Sequence record: LC494302.1
Direction: 5' to 3' (one strand)
Length of the DNA: 64,000 bases
Part shown: positions 37,757 to 47,560 of the stretch, piece after piece
Numbering within the stretch: the stretch's first letter is position 1
Layout: each line of letters opens with the position of its first letter
The notes under the pieces: model-generated
What the model was told of the DNA's origin: nothing
What the model saw: only the letters and a program-made list of their open reading frames with translations
Databases searched by the model: none
Position numbers and translations under genes: made by a program

Positions 37757-38728
37757 ATGAAAACTAAAATTATTTCTGAACAAAAAATTGGCAATACTAC
37801 AGTACTGAATCTTGAAGTTCAAGGTCTTAGTAATGTTCGTTCTCTTACGGTTTGTACTCAGAGAGATGATTTGACTGATTTCTATAGCTCAGAATACATG
37901 TCAGAAGAACCTTGGGATATGGGATGGTTGGACGGTAGTAGTTATATCAGTTCACGTTATAGTTTTGGTTCTCATGAAAATATTGAACAATTAAAAAATG
38001 AGTATATTAAACTCAGTGATACTATTGAAATGAAAGAAGAAGATTGTGTAGAACTTTTCATTTTTGAATTCGATGCCGGAAATGGTAATTCATTACTAGT
38101 AAGTAATATTGAAGAACATTTAATGTATCATGAAATTGAAGATGTAGATTTTGAAAGTATTAAAAATGTTGTTCATATGGTTGGTGGTAGTATTACTGAT
38201 GATTCAGATATCGGTCATAATATTTCACTGTGCTTAATTTCTCATCCAAAAACTCGTGGTTTTAAAGTTCCACAAGATGAAACTTACGTGTCTGAAACTG
38301 CTGATGAAGGAATTTATCCTTGGAATGATTATGTAGAATACTATGGTCATTTCTGTTCTGATACAAAAGAACTGAAAAAAGGCGAACAATATTTTGATAT
38401 GTTCCGTGCTGCACAGCGTTTAGTACTGAATAATACTGAACTATTTCCTGATCGCGGCGAAGAAAATATGATTGATATTATCTTCAAGAACTACGATTAT
38501 GTACAGAACATTCCTGATAATGTACATTTGGAATATGTTCACGGTTCTTCAAACAAATTCTATAATATTGAATTGAATGCTCCAGTGTGTGAAGTAATTA
38601 TTGAGTACGGTGCTATTGGTAAAACCAGTACTACAGATGGTGAAGAATTCGAAACTATTGAAGAAGCACGTAAGTTCTTCGAGAAGAAAGTAATTTCTAA
38701 AATTAAAAGTGGTTATAGCCCAAAATGA
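37757..38728 (+). CDS. acidic protein with C-terminal WGR-like domain
   Basis: SNKFYNIEL...VIIEYGAIGK.....F...EEA.K..EKKV.SKIKSGY. Confidence 0.78.
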   Translation: MKTKIISEQKIGNTTVLNLEVQGLSNVRSLTVCTQRDDLTDFYSSEYMSEEPWDMGWLDGSSYISSRYSFGSHENIEQLKNEYIKLSDTIEMKEEDCVELFIFEFDAGNGNSLLVSNIEEHLMYHEIEDVDFESIKNVVHMVGGSITDDSDIGHNISLCLISHPKTRGFKVPQDETYVSETADEGIYPWNDYVEYYGHFCSDTKELKKGEQYFDMFRAAQRLVLNNTELFPDRGEENMIDIIFKNYDYVQNIPDNVHLEYVHGSSNKFYNIELNAPVCEVIIEYGAIGKTSTTDGEEFETIEEARKFFEKKVISKIKSGYSPK

Positions 38729-38739
38729 GAAAAAATATC

Positions 38740-38973
38740 ATGAAAAATATATTCATTACATTAACAATATTTGTATCCATTATTCTCTGTGGTTGTGCTC
38801 CTAAAGTTGATGAGATGGATGCTGAAATCATCCGTCAAGGTTTAACAAAACTAAATCACCAAGGAACACTATACGCATGTCATACTATGCGTCATGGGCA
38901 AGATCTTAATCTCATGTGCAGGAAGATTGTGAATCGCAAACGTCTTAATACTGTTCCGAAGGATGCACAATGA
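38740..38973 (+). CDS. putative lipoprotein
   Basis: hydrophobic leader ending in lipobox-like ILCGC. Confidence 0.6.
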   Translation: MKNIFITLTIFVSIILCGCAPKVDEMDAEIIRQGLTKLNHQGTLYACHTMRHGQDLNLMCRKIVNRKRLNTVPKDAQ

Positions 38974-39140
38974 AAGAAGTAATTGACTACAAATGTAAAA
39001 ATTGTGGCAAAGATAAGGGTAAGCATTCAGTACAAGGAATGGCTTGCCCGAATCCAGGTCGTGGTAATTTCAGAGGGTTCAGTACTGAAAAGTCTTACGA
39101 ACCGGATCATACCAAACCTGTAATGGGTTATAAATTATGA
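38970..39140 (+). CDS. small Cys/His protein, 56 aa (not in ORF track)
   Basis: MKEVIDYKCKNCGKDKGKHSVQGMACP...; AAGGA SD; ATGA overlaps at both ends. Confidence 0.65.
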   Translation: MKEVIDYKCKNCGKDKGKHSVQGMACPNPGRGNFRGFSTEKSYEPDHTKPVMGYKL

Positions 39141-39496
39141 GTGATTATGTAGCATTTCTTCATCGCTTTGGAGAAGCTAAAGAAAAACATATTATCCGTA
39201 TGCCATTATATGGTGAAAAAGACTGGTACAAAAGTACTATCAGTGTAGGTGCATTTCGTGACCGTGAAGCTGGATTCTTTCTGGGTAAGAAACATGAACG
39301 AGAGGTACTTTGCTCACTGTGGCGTTTGGATGAATGGGATAGTGAGAACGTAAGAACTGCTGAATCAATGCTGGCTATTGTTGGTATTGCGAACTATCAG
39401 CACCCATATGACCTATTACCTACATTTGAACATGCTTCTTTGTTTGACTTTTACAAAGCAGTAGGGTATGATTATAAAAAGAAACGTTACATTTAA
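39137..39496 (+). CDS. hypothetical protein
   Basis: 119 aa; FYKAVGYDYKKKRY. Confidence 0.78.
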   Translation: MSDYVAFLHRFGEAKEKHIIRMPLYGEKDWYKSTISVGAFRDREAGFFLGKKHEREVLCSLWRLDEWDSENVRTAESMLAIVGIANYQHPYDLLPTFEHASLFDFYKAVGYDYKKKRYI

Positions 39497-39541
39497 TATC
39501 AGTACTGTCATAGTGGCAGTACTTTTTAATTGGAGATTACT

Positions 39542-40156
39542 ATGACTACATCGGAAAAGTACTGGTGGATTTTGGGTCATCCTAAATTCATAAACAAAGA
39601 CATGGTTCCAGCTAGGATTGATATAGAACCTCATGATGTGTGTCCAATGACAAATCGAATTGAAGATTTTAAAGCATTGAATACAAAGACTCAATTTTGG
39701 GTAGAATTTCTTTCACCAATGTATATTGAGCAAGACGACGAATGGGTACAAGCACATGATTATCAATTGGATTGTGGTGGTGATACGTATGAAGAGGCGA
39801 TTGATAAATTATACAAAAATGTGCTAAACACATGTGGTGATTACACCCAACAAGAAGCAGATAACACATTTAATAAGATCCATGCATTCAAATCTACTCA
39901 ATCAATTTTTAATCCTACTAAAACTGTTTGGGAGGAACGACACAGTTGGAGTTCATGTGTAATCGATGAAGAAACCAAAGAAAAAATCATCGATGATATA
40001 AAAAATTTAAAAAATACGATAGAAGCCTTGCGTGAATTCATAATGTCTTGTACAATAGAACAAAAGAAAGAGGCAAAGATACATTTGGAGAGTGAAGAAT
40101 GTAAACTTTGGGTTCTAGAGAAATCTATTGAAAAGGGTATAGACTTAGACTTATGA
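39542..40156 (+). CDS. hypothetical protein
   Basis: GGAG SD; DCGGDTYEEAI. Confidence 0.78.
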   Translation: MTTSEKYWWILGHPKFINKDMVPARIDIEPHDVCPMTNRIEDFKALNTKTQFWVEFLSPMYIEQDDEWVQAHDYQLDCGGDTYEEAIDKLYKNVLNTCGDYTQQEADNTFNKIHAFKSTQSIFNPTKTVWEERHSWSSCVIDEETKEKIIDDIKNLKNTIEALREFIMSCTIEQKKEAKIHLESEECKLWVLEKSIEKGIDLDL

Positions 40157-40521
40157 ATAGTAAATTGGAGAAACTAATAGAAGAATTACGCCAGATGCCA
40201 CCTATTGAACAAGTAGGAAATTACAAACGGTATCGTGTTATTGCTCGTGCACTTGATAAAAAAGGTAGAGTACTGGCAACTCGCACAAATTCTTATACAC
40301 AGACTCACCCAGTACAGAAGGGTTTCGCCATTCGTGCTGGGCGACCGCAAGGTGAGTTTCTTCATGCTGAAATTTCATGTTTACTGGCTGCTCGTGCTGA
40401 TGTTCATACTTTACTGATTGCACGGATAAGTAAAGATGGAATTCCTGTTCCGGCTAAACCATGTGAAATTTGCTCATTAGCAATAAAAGAATATGGGGTG
40501 AAAGAGATTATCCACACATGA
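40153..40521 (+). CDS. cytidine-deaminase-fold protein (second deaminase)
   Basis: LHAEISCL and AKPCEIC zinc motifs. Confidence 0.82.
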   Translation: MNSKLEKLIEELRQMPPIEQVGNYKRYRVIARALDKKGRVLATRTNSYTQTHPVQKGFAIRAGRPQGEFLHAEISCLLAARADVHTLLIARISKDGIPVPAKPCEICSLAIKEYGVKEIIHT

Positions 40522-40749
40522 AAATTGAAAGATATGCTAAGCATACTGTTGGGTGTGTAAATGATATATTCTATTATTATATTTTTGCACCTGAACTACG
40601 TTTTCAAATCACAACATTCAATGATGGCAGATTTAAAGATACAAACTTCCTCATAACCGACTTAGCAAAGTATGCGAATACAGAACATTTTAATCATTTA
40701 GTATTTGTGTACTGTATACCAAACCCAAATAAAAAGTAGGAGATTAAAA

Positions 40750-41109
40750 ATGGCTAAAACAATTTCTTTAAAAAATGAAAATGTAGGACAACGCAAAGAT
40801 GGTTTCTTTGGTTTTTCTTGGACAACATTATTCTTTGGACCGTTCCCTGCATTGTTTCGTGGTGACTTTATTACGTTCATCGGTGCATTTGTAATTTACT
40901 TCATCCTCAACGCAGTGTCATTTTGGATTGTGGGTACAATTGCAATGGTTGTATGGGCATTTCTTTATAATAAGTACTACACAGTGAATCTCATCAAGAA
41001 TGGGTATAAATTCAATGGCACACATGAAGAAAATGCTGAAGCTGCAATGGCTTTGCAAATTGATTTGAATAAAAACAACACAGTTGATAAAAATAAAGAT
41101 CCTGAATAA
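40750..41109 (+). CDS. membrane protein (DUF2628-like)
   Basis: GFSWTTLFFGPFPALFRGD, hydrophobic core, YNK.Y...LIKNGY. Confidence 0.7.
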   Translation: MAKTISLKNENVGQRKDGFFGFSWTTLFFGPFPALFRGDFITFIGAFVIYFILNAVSFWIVGTIAMVVWAFLYNKYYTVNLIKNGYKFNGTHEENAEAAMALQIDLNKNNTVDKNKDPE

Positions 41110-41328
41110 ATGGAAAAATACGATATAATTTACGATTATTATGGTAAGGCTTATATGAAGTGTGGGCGTTATGTTGAACTCTCTAATAGAGAATCAATAG
41201 ATCCCCACACTCTTATAACAATTCATAATTCGTACTATAAAAAAGTTACAATAGCTAATTTTGCAACATACGTAAATAATCCTTTATTTCCTTACATTAT
41301 TCAGTACTACTGTAGAGTTATCAAATAA
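41110..41328 (+). CDS. hypothetical protein
   Basis: 72 aa, abuts upstream stop. Confidence 0.55.
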   Translation: MEKYDIIYDYYGKAYMKCGRYVELSNRESIDPHTLITIHNSYYKKVTIANFATYVNNPLFPYIIQYYCRVIK

Positions 41329-41339
41329 GGTAAAAAGAA

Positions 41340-41750
41340 ATGTTAGCTGATGAATTTATGTCACTAAGTATCAAGATATTTGATATACTAGGTGATGAAA
41401 CAGATTTCAATCTAAGCGACAAAGATATCCCATTGGAAGATGGTGGATACTTTTTTGCGATTGGAACTACGTATAATCTAGATCTTTCAAAGCCTATCAG
41501 TGATGATAGTGATTATAATGCAACAACATATTTTGATTTCCAGCTTGATGGACATAAAGAGCGTTTACTAACGTACAGACGTAAAGGTAGTTTCAATAGA
41601 ACCGAGATTACAATAATGGATTTTGAAAAACGCATTGAACTAGCTAAGAAACATCCATTCATCAGTACTCATACATTTAATAGACTAATCGATCTATTAG
41701 ATAATTATCCATATACAATCCGAGGGTCGTTACGTTTAAATGCAGAATGA
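41340..41750 (+). CDS. hypothetical protein
   Basis: 136 aa. Confidence 0.7.
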   Translation: MLADEFMSLSIKIFDILGDETDFNLSDKDIPLEDGGYFFAIGTTYNLDLSKPISDDSDYNATTYFDFQLDGHKERLLTYRRKGSFNRTEITIMDFEKRIELAKKHPFISTHTFNRLIDLLDNYPYTIRGSLRLNAE

Positions 41751-41925
41751 AATCTTCAAAAAAGAATACGATGGTGAAAGTCTCTATGATATTCAAAGAG
41801 ACGTACATGAAGCCTTCGATTCAAGATTTAACCCATTAGCTGAACAAATCCCACAAGATGAGTTTGGTTTTCAGGAAGGGACGTTCACAGTGACTATTAC
41901 ATGGAGTCCAGATGAGACTAGCTAA
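41740..41925 (+). CDS. small acidic hypothetical protein
   Basis: 61 aa; GESLYDIQRDVHEAFD. Confidence 0.7.
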   Translation: MQNEIFKKEYDGESLYDIQRDVHEAFDSRFNPLAEQIPQDEFGFQEGTFTVTITWSPDETS

Positions 41926-42026
41926 ACTTGTCATAGGTTGTAGTGCAATTGCTGCATATATGATTTTTTCAGCCCCAACCAATGTATTACTGTTAATTTG
42001 GGCAGTTGTCATATTAGCAGTACTTT

Positions 42027-42049
42027 AAAGCACCCTAGTGGTGCTTTTT
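42027..42049 (+). terminator. intrinsic terminator
   Basis: AAAGCACC-ctagt-GGTGCTTT plus T-tract. Confidence 0.78.
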
Positions 42050-42084
42050 CTATTTGTGCAAATAAAAACCAATGTGACTTTTCC

Positions 42085-42126
42085 TTGATATAGGTCAAGA
42101 GAAATAACCTGTTCTGACGCTATAAT
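42085..42126 (+). promoter_or_regulatory. class II FNR-type promoter of nrdD
   Basis: TTGAT-atag-GTCAA (42085-42098) centred at -41.5 relative to the start predicted from TATAAT at 42121-42126. Confidence 0.6.
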
Positions 42127-42187
42127 GTTGTCTGGTGATATTAAATATCTTCACCCCCAGATGATTTCAAAATACAAGGAATGTACA

Positions 42188-43993
42188 ATGCAATTAGATA
42201 AATTATATACTGACGTAACGAATTTCCTCAATCAGAGCAATACTGATCTTACCAACGAAAATGCGAACAAAGATGCGAAATGCGTCAATACACACAGGGA
42301 TTTACTTGCAGGTATCCTATCTAAGCATTATTCACAAGATGTTATTCCAAATGAGCTAATGCAGTGGCATAATGATGGTTATGGTCATATTCATGATTTA
42401 GACTACTATATCAGCCCATTAACCAACTGTTGCTTAGTTAACTACCCAGATATGCTAAAAAATGGATTTACCATTGGTTGTGCCAAAATTGAAGAACCAA
42501 AGAGTTTTAGTGTAGCATGTACAGTACTGACACAGATTGTACAAGCAGTAGCTAGTTCCCAATACGGCGGTCAATCGTTGGCTCACATTGATGTCGGTTT
42601 AGAACCTTACGTTCAAAAGTCATGGGATAAGCTGTTAGAAAAACAAAAGAAATATAATCTAAGTGATGAGTTCATTGAAGAAGAATTACGAAAAGAAGTA
42701 TACGATGGATGTCAAACATTACTTTACCAGACTAATTCAATGATTAGCACTAATGGACAAGCTGCATTCATTTCTCTTAGTTTAGGGCTTAATACTTCTA
42801 AATTTGGTAAATTAATCACTGAACAGTACTTAAAAGTTCATGAGAATGGTTTAGGTAAAGATAAGATTACTCCAGTGTTTCCTAAAGTAATTTTCTTTTT
42901 ACAAGATGGTATAAACATGAATACCAATGATAGTAATTATGACCTTAAACAGTTAGCTATGCGTTGTGCATCAAAACGAATCTACCCAGACTTTGTTTCA
43001 GTTCCATTAAATCACAAAGTGACGGGAAGTAGTAGTACTGCTGTAACACCGATGGGCTGTCGTTCATTCTTAGGAAAATGGGAAGATTCAAATGGAAATG
43101 AACAATATAACGGTCGTTTCAATTTAGGCGTAGTTTCTATCAATTTACCTCTAATTGCTCTTGAGAGTGCTTCTGATGGAGAGTTTTTTGATAAGATAGA
43201 CGAGCACATGAATATTGCATATCGTGCTCAGATGAACCGTGTGGAGCGTTTAAAAGGCACTAAAGCGAAGCAGAATCCAATTTTGTTCATGGAAGGTGCA
43301 TTAGCACGTTTAGGTGCAGAAGAAACCATTGACAAGCTATTTTACAATGGTTATGCTAGTATTAGTATTGGTTATGTTGGTCTTGTTGAATGTTCAGAAA
43401 TCCTCACTGGTTCTATCAGTAAGGAGTTTTGTATGTCAGTACTGAATTATATGAAAGTAAAATGTGATGAGTTCAAAAAAGAAAGTAATATTGCTTTTAG
43501 TCTATATGGAACTCCAGCAGAGTCGCTTTGTTATAAATTTGCACGTTGCATTGAAGCAAAATATCCTTCAGTACTAAAACGTGATTACATCACAAATTCC
43601 TTCCATCAACCAGTATGGGTAGAAAGTTCTCCATTTGATAAATGGAGTTATGAAGAAGGGTTTGCTTACCTAAGTAACGGTGGAAACATCAGTTATGTTG
43701 AATCTCCAAACTTAGCAAACAACATTCAAGCACTTGAAACATTAGTTAACTATGCGTACACTAAGATACCATATTTTGGTATTAACCAACCAGTTGACCA
43801 TTGTTATGAATGTGGCTTCCAGGGTGAGTTCAGTGTCGATAAACATGGTTTCCACTGTCCTGTATGTGATAATCGTAATGAGAAGACAATCTCAGTGATT
43901 CGTCGTGTTTCTGGGTACTTGGGTAATCCTTCTTCGCGTGGCTTCAATAAAGGCAAGCAACAAGAGTGTTGCGAGCGTATTCAGCACAAATAA
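42188..43993 (+). CDS. nrdD: anaerobic (class III) ribonucleoside-triphosphate reductase
   Basis: HIHDLDY, NCC, QYGG, VFPK, PMGCRSFL, FNLGVVSINL, YGTPAES, TNSFH, CxxC...CxxC, RRVSGYL; start reassigned to ATG 42188 behind AAGGA. Confidence 0.96.
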   Translation: MQLDKLYTDVTNFLNQSNTDLTNENANKDAKCVNTHRDLLAGILSKHYSQDVIPNELMQWHNDGYGHIHDLDYYISPLTNCCLVNYPDMLKNGFTIGCAKIEEPKSFSVACTVLTQIVQAVASSQYGGQSLAHIDVGLEPYVQKSWDKLLEKQKKYNLSDEFIEEELRKEVYDGCQTLLYQTNSMISTNGQAAFISLSLGLNTSKFGKLITEQYLKVHENGLGKDKITPVFPKVIFFLQDGINMNTNDSNYDLKQLAMRCASKRIYPDFVSVPLNHKVTGSSSTAVTPMGCRSFLGKWEDSNGNEQYNGRFNLGVVSINLPLIALESASDGEFFDKIDEHMNIAYRAQMNRVERLKGTKAKQNPILFMEGALARLGAEETIDKLFYNGYASISIGYVGLVECSEILTGSISKEFCMSVLNYMKVKCDEFKKESNIAFSLYGTPAESLCYKFARCIEAKYPSVLKRDYITNSFHQPVWVESSPFDKWSYEEGFAYLSNGGNISYVESPNLANNIQALETLVNYAYTKIPYFGINQPVDHCYECGFQGEFSVDKHGFHCPVCDNRNEKTISVIRRVSGYLGNPSSRGFNKGKQQECCERIQHK

Positions 43994-44001
43994 GGTAAAT
44001 T

Positions 44002-44334
44002 ATGGATTTAAAGCCAATTGTGGTTAACAAATACAAAGAACCGTATGATGTGTATATTGGACGTGGGTCTAAATGGGGAAACCCATTTACCCATATTAAA
44101 GATAAACAAACCAAAGCCGAGTTCATTGTTAGTACAAGAGAAGAATCAATTGAAAAATTCAGAGAATACATTATTGAACGTATTTCTTGTGGAGAAGTTA
44201 AGATTGATGAATTACTTGAACTCGCAGGGAAACGCCTTGGTTGTTTCTGTAAACCAAAATCATGTCACGGCGATGTTCTTGTCGAAATAGTGAGTGCAAT
44301 ATTAGATGAATTACCAGACGATAATCAAGGATGA
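44002..44334 (+). CDS. DUF4326 protein
   Basis: DVYIGRGSKWGNPF ... LAGKRLGCFCKP..CHGDVL. Confidence 0.88.
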   Translation: MDLKPIVVNKYKEPYDVYIGRGSKWGNPFTHIKDKQTKAEFIVSTREESIEKFREYIIERISCGEVKIDELLELAGKRLGCFCKPKSCHGDVLVEIVSAILDELPDDNQG

Positions 44335-44776
44335 TTTAGTAAATGGAGAGGGCGTTCGCTGCTCTTTATTTGTTAGTGGGTGTTCGCACGGATGTGATGG
44401 TTGCTTCAATGAAGAAGCATGGGATTACAGAAGTGGTCAATTGTTCAGTACTGAAACAGTTGAGATTATACTACAGGAACTAAAAAAACCATATGTTAGT
44501 GGTTTGTCACTTCTAGGCGGCGATCCATTAATGAAAAAGAATATAGATGAAGTTTTAAATCTATGCAAAGTAGTTAAAGAAACTTATCCTAGTAAAACTA
44601 TTTGGTGCTGGAGTGGGTATACTTTAGATGAGATTATGAAAAATCATGCTAAAGATATACTTCAGTACTTAGATGTATTAGTTGATGGTAAGTTTATTGA
44701 GTCCGAAAAGAATTTAAAATTACCTTTCCGTGGTTCAAATAATCAAAGAATACTATATAAAAATAAAGATTTTTAG
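44306..44776 (+). CDS. nrdG: anaerobic RNR activating enzyme (radical SAM)
   Basis: NGEGVRCSLFVSGCSHGCDGCFN, LGGDPL, DGKF, FRGSNNQR. Confidence 0.95.
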   Translation: MNYQTIIKDDLVNGEGVRCSLFVSGCSHGCDGCFNEEAWDYRSGQLFSTETVEIILQELKKPYVSGLSLLGGDPLMKKNIDEVLNLCKVVKETYPSKTIWCWSGYTLDEIMKNHAKDILQYLDVLVDGKFIESEKNLKLPFRGSNNQRILYKNKDF

Positions 44777-44779
44777 CAT

Positions 44780-44802
44780 AAGCACCCGTTGGGTGCTTTT
44801 TT
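44780..44802 (+). terminator. intrinsic terminator
   Basis: AAGCACCC-gtt-GGGTGCTT plus T-tract. Confidence 0.8.
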
Positions 44803-44810
44803 ATTATGTA

Positions 44811-44818
44811 TATAAATA
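44811..44818 (+). promoter_or_regulatory. T4-type late promoter
   Basis: exact TATAAATA between a terminator and a large structural-type gene. Confidence 0.7.
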
Positions 44819-44852
44819 CATTAACTAATATCTAATTTATAAGGGATATATA

Positions 44853-47549
44853 ATGTCAAAGAAAATATATGGTGGCTTAGATGTCACACATAATGTGACA
44901 GTTAATGGTAAAAGAACAATTCAAGGAATAAATGAACAAGTTTTTGATTCCAACGGTAACTTGGAATTAGATACTTATTCCAGAGATGAAGTACTAGATA
45001 TAGTAAGTATGATGCCAATCTCCCATTATGGTTCACAAAACTATCTACCTGCGGGTGTTTCTGGGGATTTCAATGGTGCATCAGAAAACCAGTCACAACG
45101 TAGAAATAAAATTTTATTAGAAAACGATGGTACACTAGTACTTTTACGTAGTGGGACAAACGGTAGTGTTGAGGGATTATTTTATTCATATTTGGCTAAC
45201 GCATTATCAGTTGATGACATGAGCCGTACAATTAACACTAGTCGTCAATACAAGCCTGGGTTTTTTGGTTCAAATAGAGTTGCGATTGGTTTATACAATA
45301 CTGATCCAAATATTTTACTCGGTAGATATATTGATACTTCTAACAGTACTAATGGTTTGTTCATATCAATTACCAATGGTACATTAGATGATAAATTGCA
45401 TACTGGTTTTTTCGTTAACCAAGCAGATATATCACCTGAAGGTGGTATTGAATATGCTATGATGGCAGAAGATGGTTCTATATATGTTTTTAACGTACTT
45501 AATGAAAATAACCAACTACAATTAGTTGTTGTTAAAGTTGTTTATAATATAAGCAATGGTACTTATACTGCAACTCGAATTACTGGATGGACTACTAAAA
45601 CATTTTATAACACGACATATTCTGCACAAAATAATATGGTTATTACTAATCAGGTAACATCAACAAATATTGCTGATAAACCTTATGCTTATGTCCCACA
45701 AAATCTACGCGGTATTGGGATTTACATGACATCAATTGATTTATATGTTGCACAGCAGCCAGGAACGCAGAATTTCCGCTTTAGAATGAACGGGGACGCT
45801 TGGTTTACAATGGCAACATATAATACACGTCCACAGCATAGTTACAGTTTTGTGTTCAATATGAGTACTAAACAATGTACATTAGATGCGGGTAATGATA
45901 TTGGTTCATACCAAGCACCATTAGTTATAACGGATACAGGTTCAGCATTAGTTCCTACTGGTAACGTTTTAAATAACGATCCATTGTATAACCATGCAAA
46001 TGCAAGGAACATTTACAGTTCTTATTTTTATTTAAATTCAGGTGAAGCATTTTGTACTGCATGTCCAAACTTAGCAGAACCATTACTTATGCAAAAAGCT
46101 AAGTTTCCTATTCAAATAGTTTATAGTATGCTGAATGTCCGTGCTGTACTTTCTACTGACTTCAAAGGTGGCATAGTTCGCCCGTCTTTTGGTTCAGCGG
46201 TTGGTTCATTTATTAATGGTGTAGAATTACTACCAGATAACAGTACTAAACAATATTCACGTGCATCAGGTAGTGGTGGATTTAGACCATCATATGCAGT
46301 TCATAAAAGTACTCCTAATTTTACATTTAAATCATTATCTTTAGGAACAATACAAGGTTATGAACCTACAGTTGAACGTGCTAATGTTGATGATAATGCA
46401 AATAATAGAATTTTTATTAGTAGTATTTCTGGGTCAACTGTCACAACCAATGGTGGTATTTTTATGGTTGGGCAACGTTATTCACAATCATTATCCTATG
46501 ATAAAAACTTAAATGGCACAGGAATTATAAGCGTTACACAATCAGTACTGGACAATTTTAGAAATACTGAATATGCCAAAGTTCTAAGTGATTGGAATTT
46601 ATCAGCACAAGCATACCGTGATATGACACTATTTGTTCCACAACAAACAGACATTCCAGCTTTTGTTATGTTGAGTACAATTACTAATGATTATAGAAAC
46701 TATATTAGAATTGCTGAAGTTAATGTCAATACTAGAGTTGGTAATATTACATCTATTACATTTAAGCGTTTAGTACTTGAGAATACGTATGGTGATAACT
46801 TTACACCAACTGGGAATGGTTCGATTGCATCTTCTTCTGTTGGTTTGACAATATATGATGGTGGTTCATTCTACTTCATTGGTGGTTCTGACCCATTATC
46901 ACATCCAACAATAGGTAATACTGCAACTCATCAATTTAGAGCATATGTAACTAAATCAACTGCACAATTTACAAGTTTTATAATTACTGGATCTCATGCC
47001 AGTTATGAACAAGGAAGTCAACCAGCAGCATTACCTGGTATTGGTTTTGGAATTTTTGAACCAATGGATTACTCAAATAAAATGACATTCAAAAAATATG
47101 GAACAACGATTGCAGACTATAATAACTGGACTGCACAAGGTAGCCCAATTAACGTAGTATCCCAGGACGTTGCTCAAGGGTTTATTGTATATTTTACAGA
47201 GGAAACACCAGTTATTCTTTCAGGTAAGTCATTTTCACTACCAGTTTCAAATATTGATTTGAGAACTATTAAGTCTAATCCAGCAAATACAACATTTTAT
47301 GTATATGTTAAATTGGAACAAGGATTGGCAAACTATTACATAACTACTGATGTTATTTCTGAAACAGGAACAACTGCATATAATATTTTTTGGATAGGTA
47401 CAATTCAAACTAATGCAATTCAAATCGAAACAATTAATATACAAAAACGTTCCCGTTTAGATATATTTGGTGCTTCACTTGAATCAGCAGGTTCATCGTT
47501 CCCAGTTAGCTACGGTCTACCATCACAAACAGGAACCATAAACTGGTAA
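44853..47549 (+). CDS. large putative virion structural (fibre/baseplate-type) protein A
   Basis: 898 aa, G/S/T/N-rich, late-type promoter; paralog of 48165-50894. Confidence 0.75.
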   Translation: MSKKIYGGLDVTHNVTVNGKRTIQGINEQVFDSNGNLELDTYSRDEVLDIVSMMPISHYGSQNYLPAGVSGDFNGASENQSQRRNKILLENDGTLVLLRSGTNGSVEGLFYSYLANALSVDDMSRTINTSRQYKPGFFGSNRVAIGLYNTDPNILLGRYIDTSNSTNGLFISITNGTLDDKLHTGFFVNQADISPEGGIEYAMMAEDGSIYVFNVLNENNQLQLVVVKVVYNISNGTYTATRITGWTTKTFYNTTYSAQNNMVITNQVTSTNIADKPYAYVPQNLRGIGIYMTSIDLYVAQQPGTQNFRFRMNGDAWFTMATYNTRPQHSYSFVFNMSTKQCTLDAGNDIGSYQAPLVITDTGSALVPTGNVLNNDPLYNHANARNIYSSYFYLNSGEAFCTACPNLAEPLLMQKAKFPIQIVYSMLNVRAVLSTDFKGGIVRPSFGSAVGSFINGVELLPDNSTKQYSRASGSGGFRPSYAVHKSTPNFTFKSLSLGTIQGYEPTVERANVDDNANNRIFISSISGSTVTTNGGIFMVGQRYSQSLSYDKNLNGTGIISVTQSVLDNFRNTEYAKVLSDWNLSAQAYRDMTLFVPQQTDIPAFVMLSTITNDYRNYIRIAEVNVNTRVGNITSITFKRLVLENTYGDNFTPTGNGSIASSSVGLTIYDGGSFYFIGGSDPLSHPTIGNTATHQFRAYVTKSTAQFTSFIITGSHASYEQGSQPAALPGIGFGIFEPMDYSNKMTFKKYGTTIADYNNWTAQGSPINVVSQDVAQGFIVYFTEETPVILSGKSFSLPVSNIDLRTIKSNPANTTFYVYVKLEQGLANYYITTDVISETGTTAYNIFWIGTIQTNAIQIETINIQKRSRLDIFGASLESAGSSFPVSYGLPSQTGTINW

Positions 47550-47560
47550 AGGATTACATA

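Noticed and set aside
42188-43993. Intein or intron in nrdD (also checked the DNA ligase and phoH)
   Set aside because: Lengths and motif order are as expected without insertion; no intein splice motifs seen.
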